A stretch of DNA of 64,000 nt, from NCBI RefSeq assembly GCF_009914755.1, contig NC_060927.1, one strand, 5' to 3'. Positions 1-15,318 of the stretch are shown piece by piece. The notes under the pieces were generated by a model. That model did not search any database. It was given only the letters and a program-made list of their open reading frames with translations, and was not told the origin of the DNA. The translations under genes and the position numbers were made by a program. The stretch comes from the human T2T-CHM13v2.0 reference genome, Homo sapiens. Positions within the stretch are counted from its first letter, which is position 1. Every line of letters begins with the position of its first letter.

Positions 1-1630
<1,630 letters not shown>

Positions 1631-2269
1631 GAACAGAATAATAGCAATATTTGTTTGCTCAGTGTTCAGATGGGATGTCTAGCTATACATCAATGATTGT
1701 TCAAAATATGCTCAGGGGCACAGATGCCGGTACTATCCTAAATTCAGGAGAACAGAACCACAGGGATTTGCAAAGTGATATTAGAGGAAAACAGTTGGTT
1801 GCTTTTACCAACACTTTCTATTAAAAGCATGGTCATGTTTTAAGAGTTTATAAAGATGTTAAAGACACCTGGGCCACCTGTTTCTTCTGGCCACAGACAA
1901 GCTATTTGAAGTGGGCTATACTGCTTACATGCTTTCCTCACTTTCCGCCCTCAGTAATTCTCCAATTTTAATTTCAACCTGCATTTCTGCCCATGCTGAG
2001 GACATGTAGGAATTCCTTGACTGCCAGCCTGAGGCGTGGCGTGGGGCACTTCAGTCTGCAGTCTGACTACATTTGGCTCTGTGTTAATGCAGCCCGAGCC
2101 CTGAACCAGAGGTCTGGACACTGACTTTCATCTCCATCTGTGGAGCTTTGTTCTCTTAAATTGGCAGTCACATACATCCTTGTCAGCATGAAATCAGGGC
2201 TTGCAGGAGTTAAATCTGCTTGAAACATCTGACACCACTTTAACAGAACAACCAAACCTGGTTAATCCA

Positions 2270-4967
2270 AATCACTTTGCAAACTCTGTATTTATTTGGA
2301 TTAAAAAGCTTTAGATGAACAACAAAAAAAAGATACATACATGTTATAAGACTAGTTACCACGTAAACCTCAGATGATATGATACAGAAATTAGAATAAA
2401 CCAAGTTTTAATCAGGTATGAAAACATTCAAGCTCAAAATCATCAACACCAATTTGGGGATTTTACAGAAATAGGTGCCCCTCTCAATTCTTCCTCATAG
2501 GAAGGGGAGAGTGGCTTAAAAAAAAAACAACAACCAAAACAGTTAAAGGCCTTTTAAATCAGTTGGCTGACAAACATACTGTTTTAAACCTACAGGTTCC
2601 CCTCAGTCCCCCCATTTGCAATATAAACAATTCTTCTCCACAGGAACTTACATTTTGAAAACATTTAGGCCATTATACTTTCTAAGCCACATTACTACAG
2701 TTCCTAAAACTTATGAAAAAAAGGTGTATAGTTTACTTGTACTTTCTTGAGTCAATTTTTTTTTCTTTTTTGAAGATGGCTGACCTCAAATCTTATATCC
2801 TAAATATTAACGATATCCCCCAAGTTAATATACAGAAAAACATGATTCTAAAATAAATACACAGGCTTTTTAAAAAAAACTTAATTAGGGCCTGTCTAGT
2901 GATGCCCTGGGCCGGTGCTGCACTGCTTTAGGGAAGCCCCTGGCTGGATCTATGTTTCCTATAGCACCTCTAGGCACTGGGAAGGAGCCTGGAGGAGAGC
3001 TCTGGCTTCTAATGACCCACGTGGCCCCCAGTGAAAAATTTTTTTAGAGGCTCCCCAAAGAAGTCTCATCCAGACCTTAAGGGAAATAAAATGAATGCAT
3101 GAAATAAATAAATAATTTAACCACAACTAAATTTCATGTTCTTTGGTGTAATTCAAGGATGTCTAGAAACAAAATAATCTGATTGCATTATACAGTCCAT
3201 GATGATTCAATTGCCCAAATAGCCAGGAATTGAAGATTTATCTGACTCACTTTAACAATAAGGTACTGACACACTACTGCAATACATTTTTTTAAATTCA
3301 ATATTATTTAAAATACTTGATGCAAATTCAAATCCAGTGGTTGACTAAAGGCAATTAAGTTAAAGGGCCTCCCATATTTAAAGTATCTAGATACAAGAGA
3401 CTTTTTTCCATTCTACACTCTTTTGCCCTCATGATTTAATAAGTACAGTAATTAAACATCTGGGTACTGATTCATAGCAGATTAAAAGGAAAAAAGCATC
3501 CTCTGAGATTAACTCTCTCAGATTATAAACAGCAGTGGAAGCTCTACCACAATGGCAATCACCCAGTTACTATAAAGCAGGTTTCAAAAACATGCCGCCA
3601 AGTGAAACAATGTTCCTACTGTCTGCCATCCTATGCTGCCTTCAAATGTTTATTGTAGGGTCATATAAGAAAGACAGGGTCACCAAACCCAAGTGTTTGG
3701 GATCTGTAATGGTCTTTCTAGTAAGCGTTTTATTAAATTATGATTCCCTTCTCCTGTAATTCAAAAGCACAAGCTAAATTTAAAAAATATTTTAGAAAGT
3801 ATTAAATTTCTGGTTGAGAATTATAACAACATTGAAACTTAAAAGAAAAAATACATCTGATAATAAGGAAATAAGGAATACTAAAACATACTTGTATATG
3901 AAGGCAATCAATCTACTTGTTCACAATTATGCTTCTTATACAGCTCATATCTAGTTCCATACTCTCTTACCCATGTTAGGTTAGGTGTTATGTTTAAAAA
4001 TAAATCACCTCCATGCATACCTTAATGCTTTCTTCAAGACGAACTTCAATGTTTTTCAATGTAACAGGTTTAAAATTTTAAATCATCTGAAATTTATAGG
4101 CATAAATTGTGAATTCATTATAAATAGATCAAAATATCCTTAAACGTACCTGCCTAGATTAAACATACCTCAGGGTTGTGCACGTGTTCTGCAAAAATCA
4201 CTGACACCATAGTCTAACTCACAGATGTCTAACTCAGCACAATTGAAAAAGTGCTTTTTCCCCTCCTGGTGTCCAGGAGGTACATTAGCTGCAGACAGAT
4301 GCACAGCACTGATTACATATTTCTGTAGTGAGCCTCTGAGTTAATAGAGCAAATGTGCTGTGTCTATTAAACATCTAAAACCTAAATAACCACCTTTCAA
4401 AGAAAGCACTTCATCTGTAAGAAACAGCTTTTGCAGAAAGTGGCTTAAGATATTCAGGCACATGAAACAAACACAAGTATACTCCCCTCTCTAAGATGTA
4501 AACTAGGACAAACTTCACATTTCATTATCAATTTAAACTAATCTGTAAACTCTTGTGTGTGTGTGTTTTTTTTCATTTTGTTCTTTTATATATATATATA
4601 AAAAAACCCAAAACCAAGAAAACAAAAACCCCAAGCCAAGACAAAAACCTCTAATGGTTTCAGTTCCATGGCAACAAGTAAAAAGATAAAACTCCAAGTC
4701 TACATATACAACCAATTATGAAACTGGTTTTAAACGAAGGAAACATATGCAAAAAAATCTTTGTGTATTTGATAAAGTCAACTTAATATAACAAACAAAT
4801 TGAAATAGCTTATTAAAAGTGTCCGTATATAAAAATGGCCTTGTGATGTACAGTAAAATGCAATAAAAATTATCCTCCTTTGTTCCTTCCCCCCACCCCC
4901 AGTAACTAAAATGGCTACTGATCCACAACTCTTTATGCTTCTATATAAAAGAAACGTAATGATGTGA
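2270..4967 (-). other. PBRM1: PBRM1 3'UTR (~2.7 kb, repeat-free, AU-rich); distal end approximate
   Basis: Follows the stop codon; no Alu between ~1630 and ~5330; ends near AATAAA with a downstream GU-rich tract. Confidence 0.8.
2291..2296 (-). terminator. Distal polyadenylation signal AATAAA
   Basis: + strand tttatt; downstream on - strand ggtttggttgttctgtt is a GU-rich element (~2240-2262). Confidence 0.75.
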
Positions 4968-5140
4968 TTAAACATTTTCTAGGTTGTATGCTTGGCGAAT
5001 GTTGAGGGTGTCCCGGAGCATCAAATCTCGAAGGCGCCAGAGGGCATCTGCCATGGTGGTGTGGGCCCCTTTGCTTTTCAGCCAGTGAGAGGGTAGGCGG
5101 CTCTCCTGTTCTTTCGACAAATGGACGTCGCGTCTTCGAG
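4968..5140 (-). CDS. PBRM1: PBRM1 last exon E30, coding part with stop
   Basis: ttttcag|CT CGA AGA..., (A)RRRDVHLSKEQESRLPSHWLKSKGAHTTMADALWRLRDLMLRDTLNIRQAYNLENV then TAA (4968-4970). Confidence 0.97.
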
Positions 5141-5268
5141 CTGAAAATTAAAGTACAGAGAGACAGAAATTAGAATTTTAAGTTGGCAAAATTTCCCTCA
5201 GTTCTAAGGTCTGACGAACTTATTAAAACACAAAACATTGAATATTTATTAAATATTATGAATTTTAA

Positions 5269-6355
<1,087 letters not shown>

Positions 6356-6526
6356 AATAATTTTTAATTTACCCAATGCATCTATACTAATGTCCAAATG
6401 CCTGAAAAACAAAACAAAACAAAACAAAACAACAAACAAAAAACAATGTACTTAAAAAGATGGCAGTGATGTTTATGAGAAAACTAGGCTTTGAAATTTG
6501 GCAAAAAAAACCACAACAACACTTTT

Positions 6527-7160
<634 letters not shown>

Positions 7161-7325
7161 TTACGTAAACATGCAAAGAAACTCCAAACCATTTATGAAA
7201 TATATAATTTATTTTAATTGTATAAGAAAAAGGGGTGTTTATTGTATGATATACTATGCTAACAGCAGTAAGACAGCTTTGAGGAAGCATGTATTTCACA
7301 AAGGCTTATTTAGAAGGAATCTTAC

Positions 7326-7542
7326 CTGCCAGTGTCTGATCCCACTTGCTAATGCTGTTGGACTCCGCACTGAGTCCTTCAATGTATTTCAGGTAGGCCT
7401 CTGAGTGAAGAAGCCGCTGGGTCTTTGGTGGGGGAGCTACAAACATGGGTGTTGTTGGCTGCTGTATGACAGGGGGTCCAGCTGGATGTGGGCCGGGATA
7501 TGGAGGTGGTGCCTGCTGCCCTGGAGGCCCCAAAACTCCCAC
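7326..7542 (-). CDS. PBRM1: PBRM1 exon E29 (217 nt)
   Basis: ctttcag|GTG GGA..., VGVLGPPGQQAPPPYPGPHPAGPPVIQQPTTPMFVAPPPKTQRLLHSEAYLKYIEGLSAESNSISKWDQTLA; donor CAG|gtaaga. Confidence 0.96.
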
Positions 7543-7651
7543 CTGAAAGAGCACAGGACCACATGGTGAGGCAAAAAGAGACTCTGCACATGTTCTGAGA
7601 AGGATAACTCGAATTCTGTCAAGTCCTAGAAAATCAAACTGGGAGGCTCAC

Positions 7652-7722
7652 CTGTTGTCCATATGGACTTCCACCTGGTGCTGGAGTCCCTACCATAGGG
7701 GCCACTCCTTGGTTCATCACAC
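7652..7722 (-). CDS. PBRM1: PBRM1 exon E28 (71 nt)
   Basis: attatag|GT GTG ATG..., (G)VMNQGVAPMVGTPAPGGSPYGQQ; donor CAG|gtgagc. Confidence 0.95.
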
Positions 7723-8765
7723 CTATAATTCAGAATGCAATGGCACAGTTAGAGGCTCTGGGTTGAAATGACTGAAAAACTACTGTCTGATAAGAAATGA
7801 TGCCATTCATAATTCAAACCTATGTACCTCTGCCCTTGAATCTTTGTGGCTAGGAATCTTAAGCACCCCAATAGGATTTGAATAGAAAGTTGTTTTGTTT
7901 CTAGGTACTTAAAGTATAATACTAGAACAATCTGTCAGATGTACATCAATTATGGCTTAGAAATGATTTGAACCTTGCATAAAATTCTAGTATTTCTCTA
8001 GGTAAGCTATTGTCAGAATATACCTCTACATTCAAGGTGTTTTTCTTCTGACAACACATTCTCCTGCAACTGAAGCCTGTATTTAATTTAAGCAGGAATG
8101 GCACTGGAATCAGGCTCAGCAGTAAGCAATGTGCTAGGACAGCAGGGACACAAGGGAAGAGGCTGTGGAAGTGCATAGTTAAATGAGCTTTGTGAAGGCT
8201 GAAGGCACAGCCTTGCTATCCCCTCCCAGACCATCAGCAGCTGGTTCTAACTGGAGTCACTAGTGCTGGCAGGGAGAGAACACTTCCATCTGATAGAGTA
8301 GCACTCTGAAAAGGAATCATCTGAAGTGAAGTAACCTTGTTGCTATTGCTTTATATGCAAAATGACAAAGGAACAGAGAGACTTCATGGCCCTACTAGAT
8401 TTGTACTATGTCCCTGATAATAATTTTGTAAGCTTCCCTCAGTGAATGCTCACGAGCAATTGTTGTCTCACAGGCACAGCTGATAATAATGAGATGTCCT
8501 AAATTTAGTGTCAGAGGCTCTTTTGATTTCAGGGTGCATATTTGCTATTCTGATAAAATACAGAAATAGGCAAGGGACCCAGTTCATTAAAATCAAATAA
8601 ACCTAAAACTGTGGTGAACTGTTCTTGAAAACTTAAACAAATCCTGCTGGCTGTGTAGAAGAATCGAGAGGAGGTATAACTTCATAGTGTATAGTCCCTT
8701 CGGATTAAAAATCGTAATATTTTGTCCAGGCAGAAGCAGCTCCTCATTCTAAAGTTCAGAACTGT

Positions 8766-8848
8766 TTCATGAATTTGCATGTCATCCTTGTGCCATGCTC
8801 AACTCCATATTGTTCCAATTTTAGTGTATGTGCTGCTGAAGCGAGCAC
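8766..8848 (-). pseudogene. RNU6-856P: U6 snRNA retropseudogene, 3'-truncated, no poly(A)
   Basis: Reverse complement GTGCTCGCTTCAGCAGCACATACACTAAAATTGGAAC...CAAGGATGACATGCAAATTCATGAA matches U6; flanked by taaagttcagaactgtt / taaggttcagaattgtt repeats; symbol from recollection of the locus. Confidence 0.9.
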
Positions 8849-9359
8849 TAAGGTTCAGAATTGTTAAATGCCACTTCCAGGAAGCATAAGAGAGCCTCTT
8901 ATTTGTTAGAAAATAACAAGTAAAAAAGCTTCTGTTTAAAAAGCAGGGAGTTTTATATTCCAAGTACCCAGAAGTCCACCCGGATCACCAAAGTAGGATC
9001 CTGATGATTATTCGTGAATGAATGAAGAGGTTGTGGTGGGTAAGCTGGTGCCCCAGCAATATATTATTAACCTCTGTGCCCATCACCTCCCTGTGCCCTG
9101 GGACACTCACCCACCTTAGATTCCAGAACACGGTGTGGCTCCCTAAACTGTGTAAATCATTGCTTTGCAGGGCAGCACAAATCAGCAAACTCTTCTGCTT
9201 CCTCTATTGACAAATGCCATACTTGGGCAGCCGGTGAGAATCTGAGCTGAGTCACCAAAAGAGCTCAATGAATCCCCTACTCCTCTAAGCCTGCTCAGAC
9301 ATGTGCATTTGTAGGCACTAAGAGGGGGTCTTCCCTGACTCCTGGCTTCTTTTTTAATT

Positions 9360-9485
9360 AAATAAAATAGATATGGGGTTTCACCATGTTGCCCACTGGT
9401 CTTGAACTGCTGAGCTCAAAGCAATCCTCCCACCTCAGCCTCACAAAGTGCTGGGATTACAGGATTGAGTCACTGTGTCCGGCCC
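9360..9485 (-). mobile_element. Alu monomer (FLAM/left arm)
   Basis: ggggtttcaccatgttgccc...gtgctgggattacagg. Confidence 0.8.
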
Positions 9486-10393
9486 TGTCTCCTCAATTCT
9501 AAGCAGGTGTGTTGGGCTTCCCTCCAGTTGAATTTAGGATTTCAGGAAGGTGGAAAGGAAGACAGCTATGTCCCAACACCCACCAAAAGACATCTGCAAC
9601 CTAGAGGGTACTGGCATTAGACATGGATCCCACTAAGTGCACCTAGAAGGTGTAAACTCCAGCCTGGTCTTATTGGCTCAGTGATACCCTGTATCAAGGT
9701 GAGAGGGCAAAAAATTAAGGCCAAGTCTACCTGCCACATGGGAACATTTACCTTATGACTGACTCCTGCTGCAACAGCAATTCACACAGTCCACTGTTTT
9801 CATATGAAGCACCTAACCCTACAAACACTTCCTCCTCTGGCAATACCTGGAGCAAATGCTTCTGTGGAATTATGGCCATATTCTAAGCAACTCTCACAAA
9901 GAGTGTGGCTGGAGGCTCCAGGCCAGGCCACCAAGTTTGCTCACTCTGCACACTGCTGGGTGCACCCTCCAAAGCATCATTTGGTACCCTGCAAAACCCT
10001 ATCACTGGTAGGTCCAACACTGGTACAAGCAAATTTAACAAGTTTCCAACCACATTTTACCATTTGGGTTGGGCCCTTAGCTGATGTTGTAGGTAATGGA
10101 CCAAATGCTTTCCGAGTCTTCCAAAGGTCACATTCCCTCCATCCAGATTACAGCTAAGAGTTCTTTTGCATATGATGGCAATTAATATGGGAACATGTGA
10201 TTTTCCTTTCATTTAGGTTTTCTTTAAAATAATCTTTCAACTTGCTAATTCACATTTTAAAGTGAAAATGAATGTAGCTATTTCTGGAATCCATTTATAT
10301 ATTTCTATATAAAAGAACTTCTAAGCTTCTGTTGACAGACAAACCAGTATCTACAGCTAGGAGGGTAGGCTAGGCTGTTCTTTAATGTCAGGC

Positions 10394-11047
<654 letters not shown>

Positions 11048-11628
11048 TGAAAATGCATTCCCTCCCTGCTTTTTGTTCTAAGACAGACTGAGTGAAAGAT
11101 TTCTGAAGAGTTCTACCTTAGCAGCTCTGCAATCCCCTTAGAAAGGCTGCTTGAGGAGAAGTAGGAGATGGAACAGATACTCTATACCCTGTGAGATAAG
11201 AATTGCACCAGAGGGAGAAATGCAACTCAGGGGCAAAAAATGCTTTTACATGTTACTCTGAACTAGCAATTTGGGAAACTTCATTCACTGATAAGAGGAC
11301 ACAGCCTTCTAGGCTGTCTGGCTTTTCAAGGACATGTCAAATTAGTTGAGTGATTATCGATAGAGTATGCCTCTTGTCCCTTGGTTTGCTGAGTCTGGCC
11401 TCTGCCATGTGTGCTGTGCTGCTGCCAGCAGCCAGGTGCACAAGGGCACAAGTGCTGGGCCACCTGCTGAATGCACAAGACATGCCCTGCTGCTGACAAC
11501 CTTTGGATTCTCAGGGAGGGAAGGCCTGGCCACAATGGGCCACGGGTGCCTCCTGGAACAACTGGTTGAAAGCGGAAAAAGAGAATATGAAGATGAGATT
11601 AATGAGTGAATGAGGATGAAGTTCTTAC

Positions 11629-11784
11629 CCGGTGGTGGGATGCCCGGGAGGCCAGGCACACCTGGCGGAAGATGGTGGGGTGGAGGCCCCCCAGGGTGAA
11701 GTGGCTGCATGCTGCCCATGCTAACAAGGCCATCAACTGGGCCCTGCAAAGGTGGAAGGCCTGGCGGATAGCCACCCATCATGC
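11629..11784 (-). CDS. PBRM1: PBRM1 exon E27 (156 nt, phase 1-1 cassette)
   Basis: cttcaag|GC ATG ATG..., (G)MMGGYPPGLPPLQGPVDGLVSMGSMQPLHPGGPPPHHLPPGVPGLPGIPPP; donor CGG|gtaaga; 52 codons. Confidence 0.93.
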
Positions 11785-11809
11785 CTTGAAGGACACAACA
11801 AATTTCAGA

Positions 11810-11865
11810 CATGCATCATTAACATGCAACATGAGCTAAGTAATAACAACCAACCCCCACATGCA
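11810..11865 (-). promoter_or_regulatory. Three RBFOX elements (UGCAUG) just upstream of the E27 3' splice site
   Basis: + strand catgca at 11810-11815, 11823-11828, 11860-11865. Confidence 0.75.
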
Positions 11866-14800
11866 CTACCAATGAATAAAGCACCCTTAGTACTGCATGA
11901 TATAACAGCAATTAGTGCAATTATTTTGCTGCAATAATGAACAAAATAAAAAGTTACAAATATGAGACCCAACATTTTGGGATGAATTAGTACTTAGTAC
12001 ACTATTATTTGTAGTTATTTTCCCTGGGGTAAATATGCTGCATGTTTTCAGTTAAATAATAGTAAAGAGTTCTAGTAACAGCCTTCCCAAGGAAATAATT
12101 ATTGCAAGCTGTTCAAACAGAGTGACCAGTTCTGCTGACTGCAATTCTAACTGAATAGTATAAACCCCATCATTCCACTCTGCCCACACTCATATGCCTA
12201 TCATGGGTACACATGAGGGGAAATAGGAAGGGAGGGAAATGAGCGCATAGTCCTGATCACAAAGCATGGTTCTCCAGCTTTGGGGCAGGAATTGTTCAAG
12301 ACTTCTACATCTACTCCTCCTTTCTAGCCTTACCACTGCTGGTAAGAATGGATTGTGCTTGGGCTTGAGTTGGGGAACAGCTTCTAAGAACCATCACAGT
12401 GAATGATATTTCCTTCTTTAGATCTAAAAATGTGATAAAGATAAAACCTAAACACTCCCAACCAAGCCAACCAAGTCCAGGTCACTCAGGAGCCTACACA
12501 CAGACTTTACGGAGGAATGGCTGGAGAATTGGGCTCTGCTGATATGAGAAAATGCCAAATGCCATCAGTCTCCAAGCTCAAATGTCCTCATATAAACCTT
12601 AACAGGGAGCATTTTAATTTGAGGTACACAATTTCTGTGAACAGAGGCTTTTATTCCTTTATTTTCAAAGTGTACCTACACATGACAAAATATTTTCTAC
12701 TGGCTAGAGAAGAGTTTCAGCAAACAAGTATTTTTGGCAGAAGGAATAAATGTAAGAAAAAAAATTCAAAATGTCAAGGACTCACCTATCAAAAGACCTT
12801 TAAAACCACATGGCATTTTTTTAAAACAAGAAAAACAACTTGACTTTTCTGGGATTTGTAATGATCATGATGAATAAGAACACAAAGCTCCCCCCAAAAT
12901 GCAGTCACCTTTGGTCACAGCTTCTTGCAAAGGGAGGGTTGAGGGACTGGTGCCAAACCTCATTTTTATAAAATACTCTTTGCAGAGGGACTCTGTCAAA
13001 TAGTGGAAAACTTCAGATTCTGAGAATTTTACTCTTGGACTTTCCCTGAAGATTTCAAACATATTTATTTATAAAAGTTTAGTCTTTTAAGGCTATGAAA
13101 TTACTAAAAATTCTGAGGTCGATTCACCCTGCTTCACTAGTCATACCTAAGCTGACTAACTTACAATTACATAAACCGAATGACAAAAATTTGAATAATA
13201 ATCTCTCTATACATAAGATTATGAGTTTTCATTTTTTTTTAAATGAAGAGTTCAGAAAGTAAAAACTACTTTTGAACAGACACCATCATCTTAATTAAAC
13301 ATGAAGAGATCCAATGCTACCAATCTTTTAACCACACCACCAGTTATAGCATTTAGGGTTAAGTAGGCGGGAAATTTAAGGATGTTAAGAGGCTTTGCTT
13401 TCAATTACAAAAGCCCATCTGAACGCAGCCTTCATGGGCTGTGGTTGAGGAAATTATTAAGAACTGAAAGACATGACACTTGTCTTCATTAAACTGTACT
13501 TTGGCATTTATTATCCCAGTCACATGTGTTCAAATGAGCTTCAATGCTTGTAAGCAAAGCTGGTCTCAAGACAGCAACAAGGCTAATAAGTAAGACTCAG
13601 GCCCTAAGAAACCTGTAAAACCATGAAAAATCACCCTCTTAGCTGCAGGGTTCCCCATGAGGACCAAAGAGTGGTTACTGCAGAGAATGCTTGCTTTTCA
13701 CTCCCAGGGCCCAGAAGTCTAGCCAGCACACCCTAAATAATGGAGCAGGGGCTTTCTAGAGGGACCACCTTCCTCATCCATAGAGTTCTATAATGTTCTT
13801 CCCCAACAGGGAGCTAAAATGCTGCAGCTGCTGTTTTTTTTTTTTTTTTAATTGTTTTTAGCTGTTTGTATTCATTTTGTTAATGTGCCCCTGGGTTTTG
13901 AAGTCAAGGGCACAGTGCCACAACGTCACACATCAAATAGAACAAAACACAATGTCAACGAGGGAATTCTAACTTTCAAAGTCCCCATGTTCAAGGCCTG
14001 ATTTCTAAAAACCTCTGGAACCCCATTAACCAAAATGGGCCATGGAATAGAGCAGGCGATTATGAGATTTGTTAGATCAACATCAGTTACACTGAAAGCA
14101 CTGAAAGCCATGATTCAGATGTGCTTTGGCGAGTGCAACTGCTGAGTTCAGCGACAGTGCATTTGAGAACTTGCCATCACAAAAGTTAGGAGCGACAATG
14201 GAAAAGTTATCCTATGCTACTCTTCCTTAAAAAGCAAAAACGAAACAGCAAAAACAGCATCCCAACAAGCCTGCCTTGAACAACACTATTTTGGACTCCC
14301 TGTGAAAGAGGTCAGACTGCTTGCTTAAGAAGAAACACAGGTGGCTTGTACAGACCTCACCAGGACTGGAGAGATCTCAAAGAAGGGGCCCGAGAAGTGG
14401 TCTGCAGACTTCTCATTGGAGACATGTCAGACAAAGATATTCAATTCAAGAACAGTCAAATTTGCTATGGCTACCAGAACCAGAGACAACACACACAGAC
14501 AAACCACATTCATCATTTTCTTTTTCTTTTTTTTTTTCTTAAATATGTGACTGGGATACTAACAGAAAATGCAGTTTAATGTAATTAAATAGAAAAGCAT
14601 TACAGAGTGGGCACAATGAATTGAATAAGGACTTTGTATTCTATTTAGCAGTCATGCACATTGGTGACCAAGAAAGGATTTACAATTCATTGTCAAAAAA
14701 TCCTTTTAAACGGTCAGTCTTTTAAGGATGGCTGCAGCAGAACAAGGCAAACTGAATACTGGAATGAGATGGGAAAATCAACACCACCTAAAGACTAGTT

Positions 14801-15153
14801 TTGTGTTTTCTCTTGGGAGTCCCTCTAGAACAGAATTCAGGGTCTACTTTCATATTTTCTGCTATAGTGCTCTATCAAGAGCAGGCTGGGGTGGAGAACA
14901 TCACCAGACCATGCCCACAGCCAGGGAAGAGCTGCTCCCTACCAATTACCAGGGTTGGGCCCAGGGCCCATTTCTGGGGCAGAAGGGAGGCATTGCCCAT
15001 ATGGGAAAGGCAATATAGGACAACATGGATGACTTCAAACTTTGAATCTGTCATGAGAAAAGGCAATAGACTGTGGCCTACTCCTTATTGGAGAAAAAAA
15101 AAATGAAGGAATTTCTTAAAGTGGAAAAAAATGGTCTTAGCTCCTGTTTTTAC

Positions 15154-15318
15154 CTGCAACAGGTGTCAACTGCTGATTGAGCATCCCCATTGGTGTTGGT
15201 GGTGGCACCACCCCCATGAGAGCCCCCACAGGGGTGCCTGCTCGGGGAGAAGCACTCGGCTGCTGTTGCTGTGCTGCTCGCTCTCTCTCCTGCTGCTCAG
15301 CAACTTTAGCTGCCCGCT
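15154..15318 (-). CDS. PBRM1: PBRM1 exon E26 (165 nt, phase 1-1 cassette)
   Basis: tttacag|AG CGG GCA..., (E)RAAKVAEQQERERAAQQQQPSASPRAGTPVGALMGVVPPPTPMGMLNQQLTPVA; donor CAG|gtaaaa; 55 codons, skippable in frame. Confidence 0.93.

Noticed and set aside
8677-8700. loxP-like start ATAACTTC
   Set aside because: Only 8 bp match, no inverted arm
9752-9768. 14/17-nt microexon-like unit gttgcag|CAG|GAGTCAGTCATAAG|gtaaat
   Set aside because: Not frame-preserving and poor pyrimidine tract
9804-10157. 117-aa non-repeat + strand ORF
   Set aside because: No recognisable homology or supporting promoter/splice structure; antisense intronic ORF of a length expected by chance
13147-13206. 42/60-nt open 'exon' with AG...GT boundaries
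   Set aside because: Very U-rich intron-like content, weak acceptor and weak exon end; illustrates the chance background for cryptic exon calls
14427-14516. Possible intronic C/D snoRNA (AUGAUGA...CUGA ~90 nt apart, sense strand)
   Set aside because: No terminal stem and no recognisable rRNA/snRNA guide; motifs expected by chance
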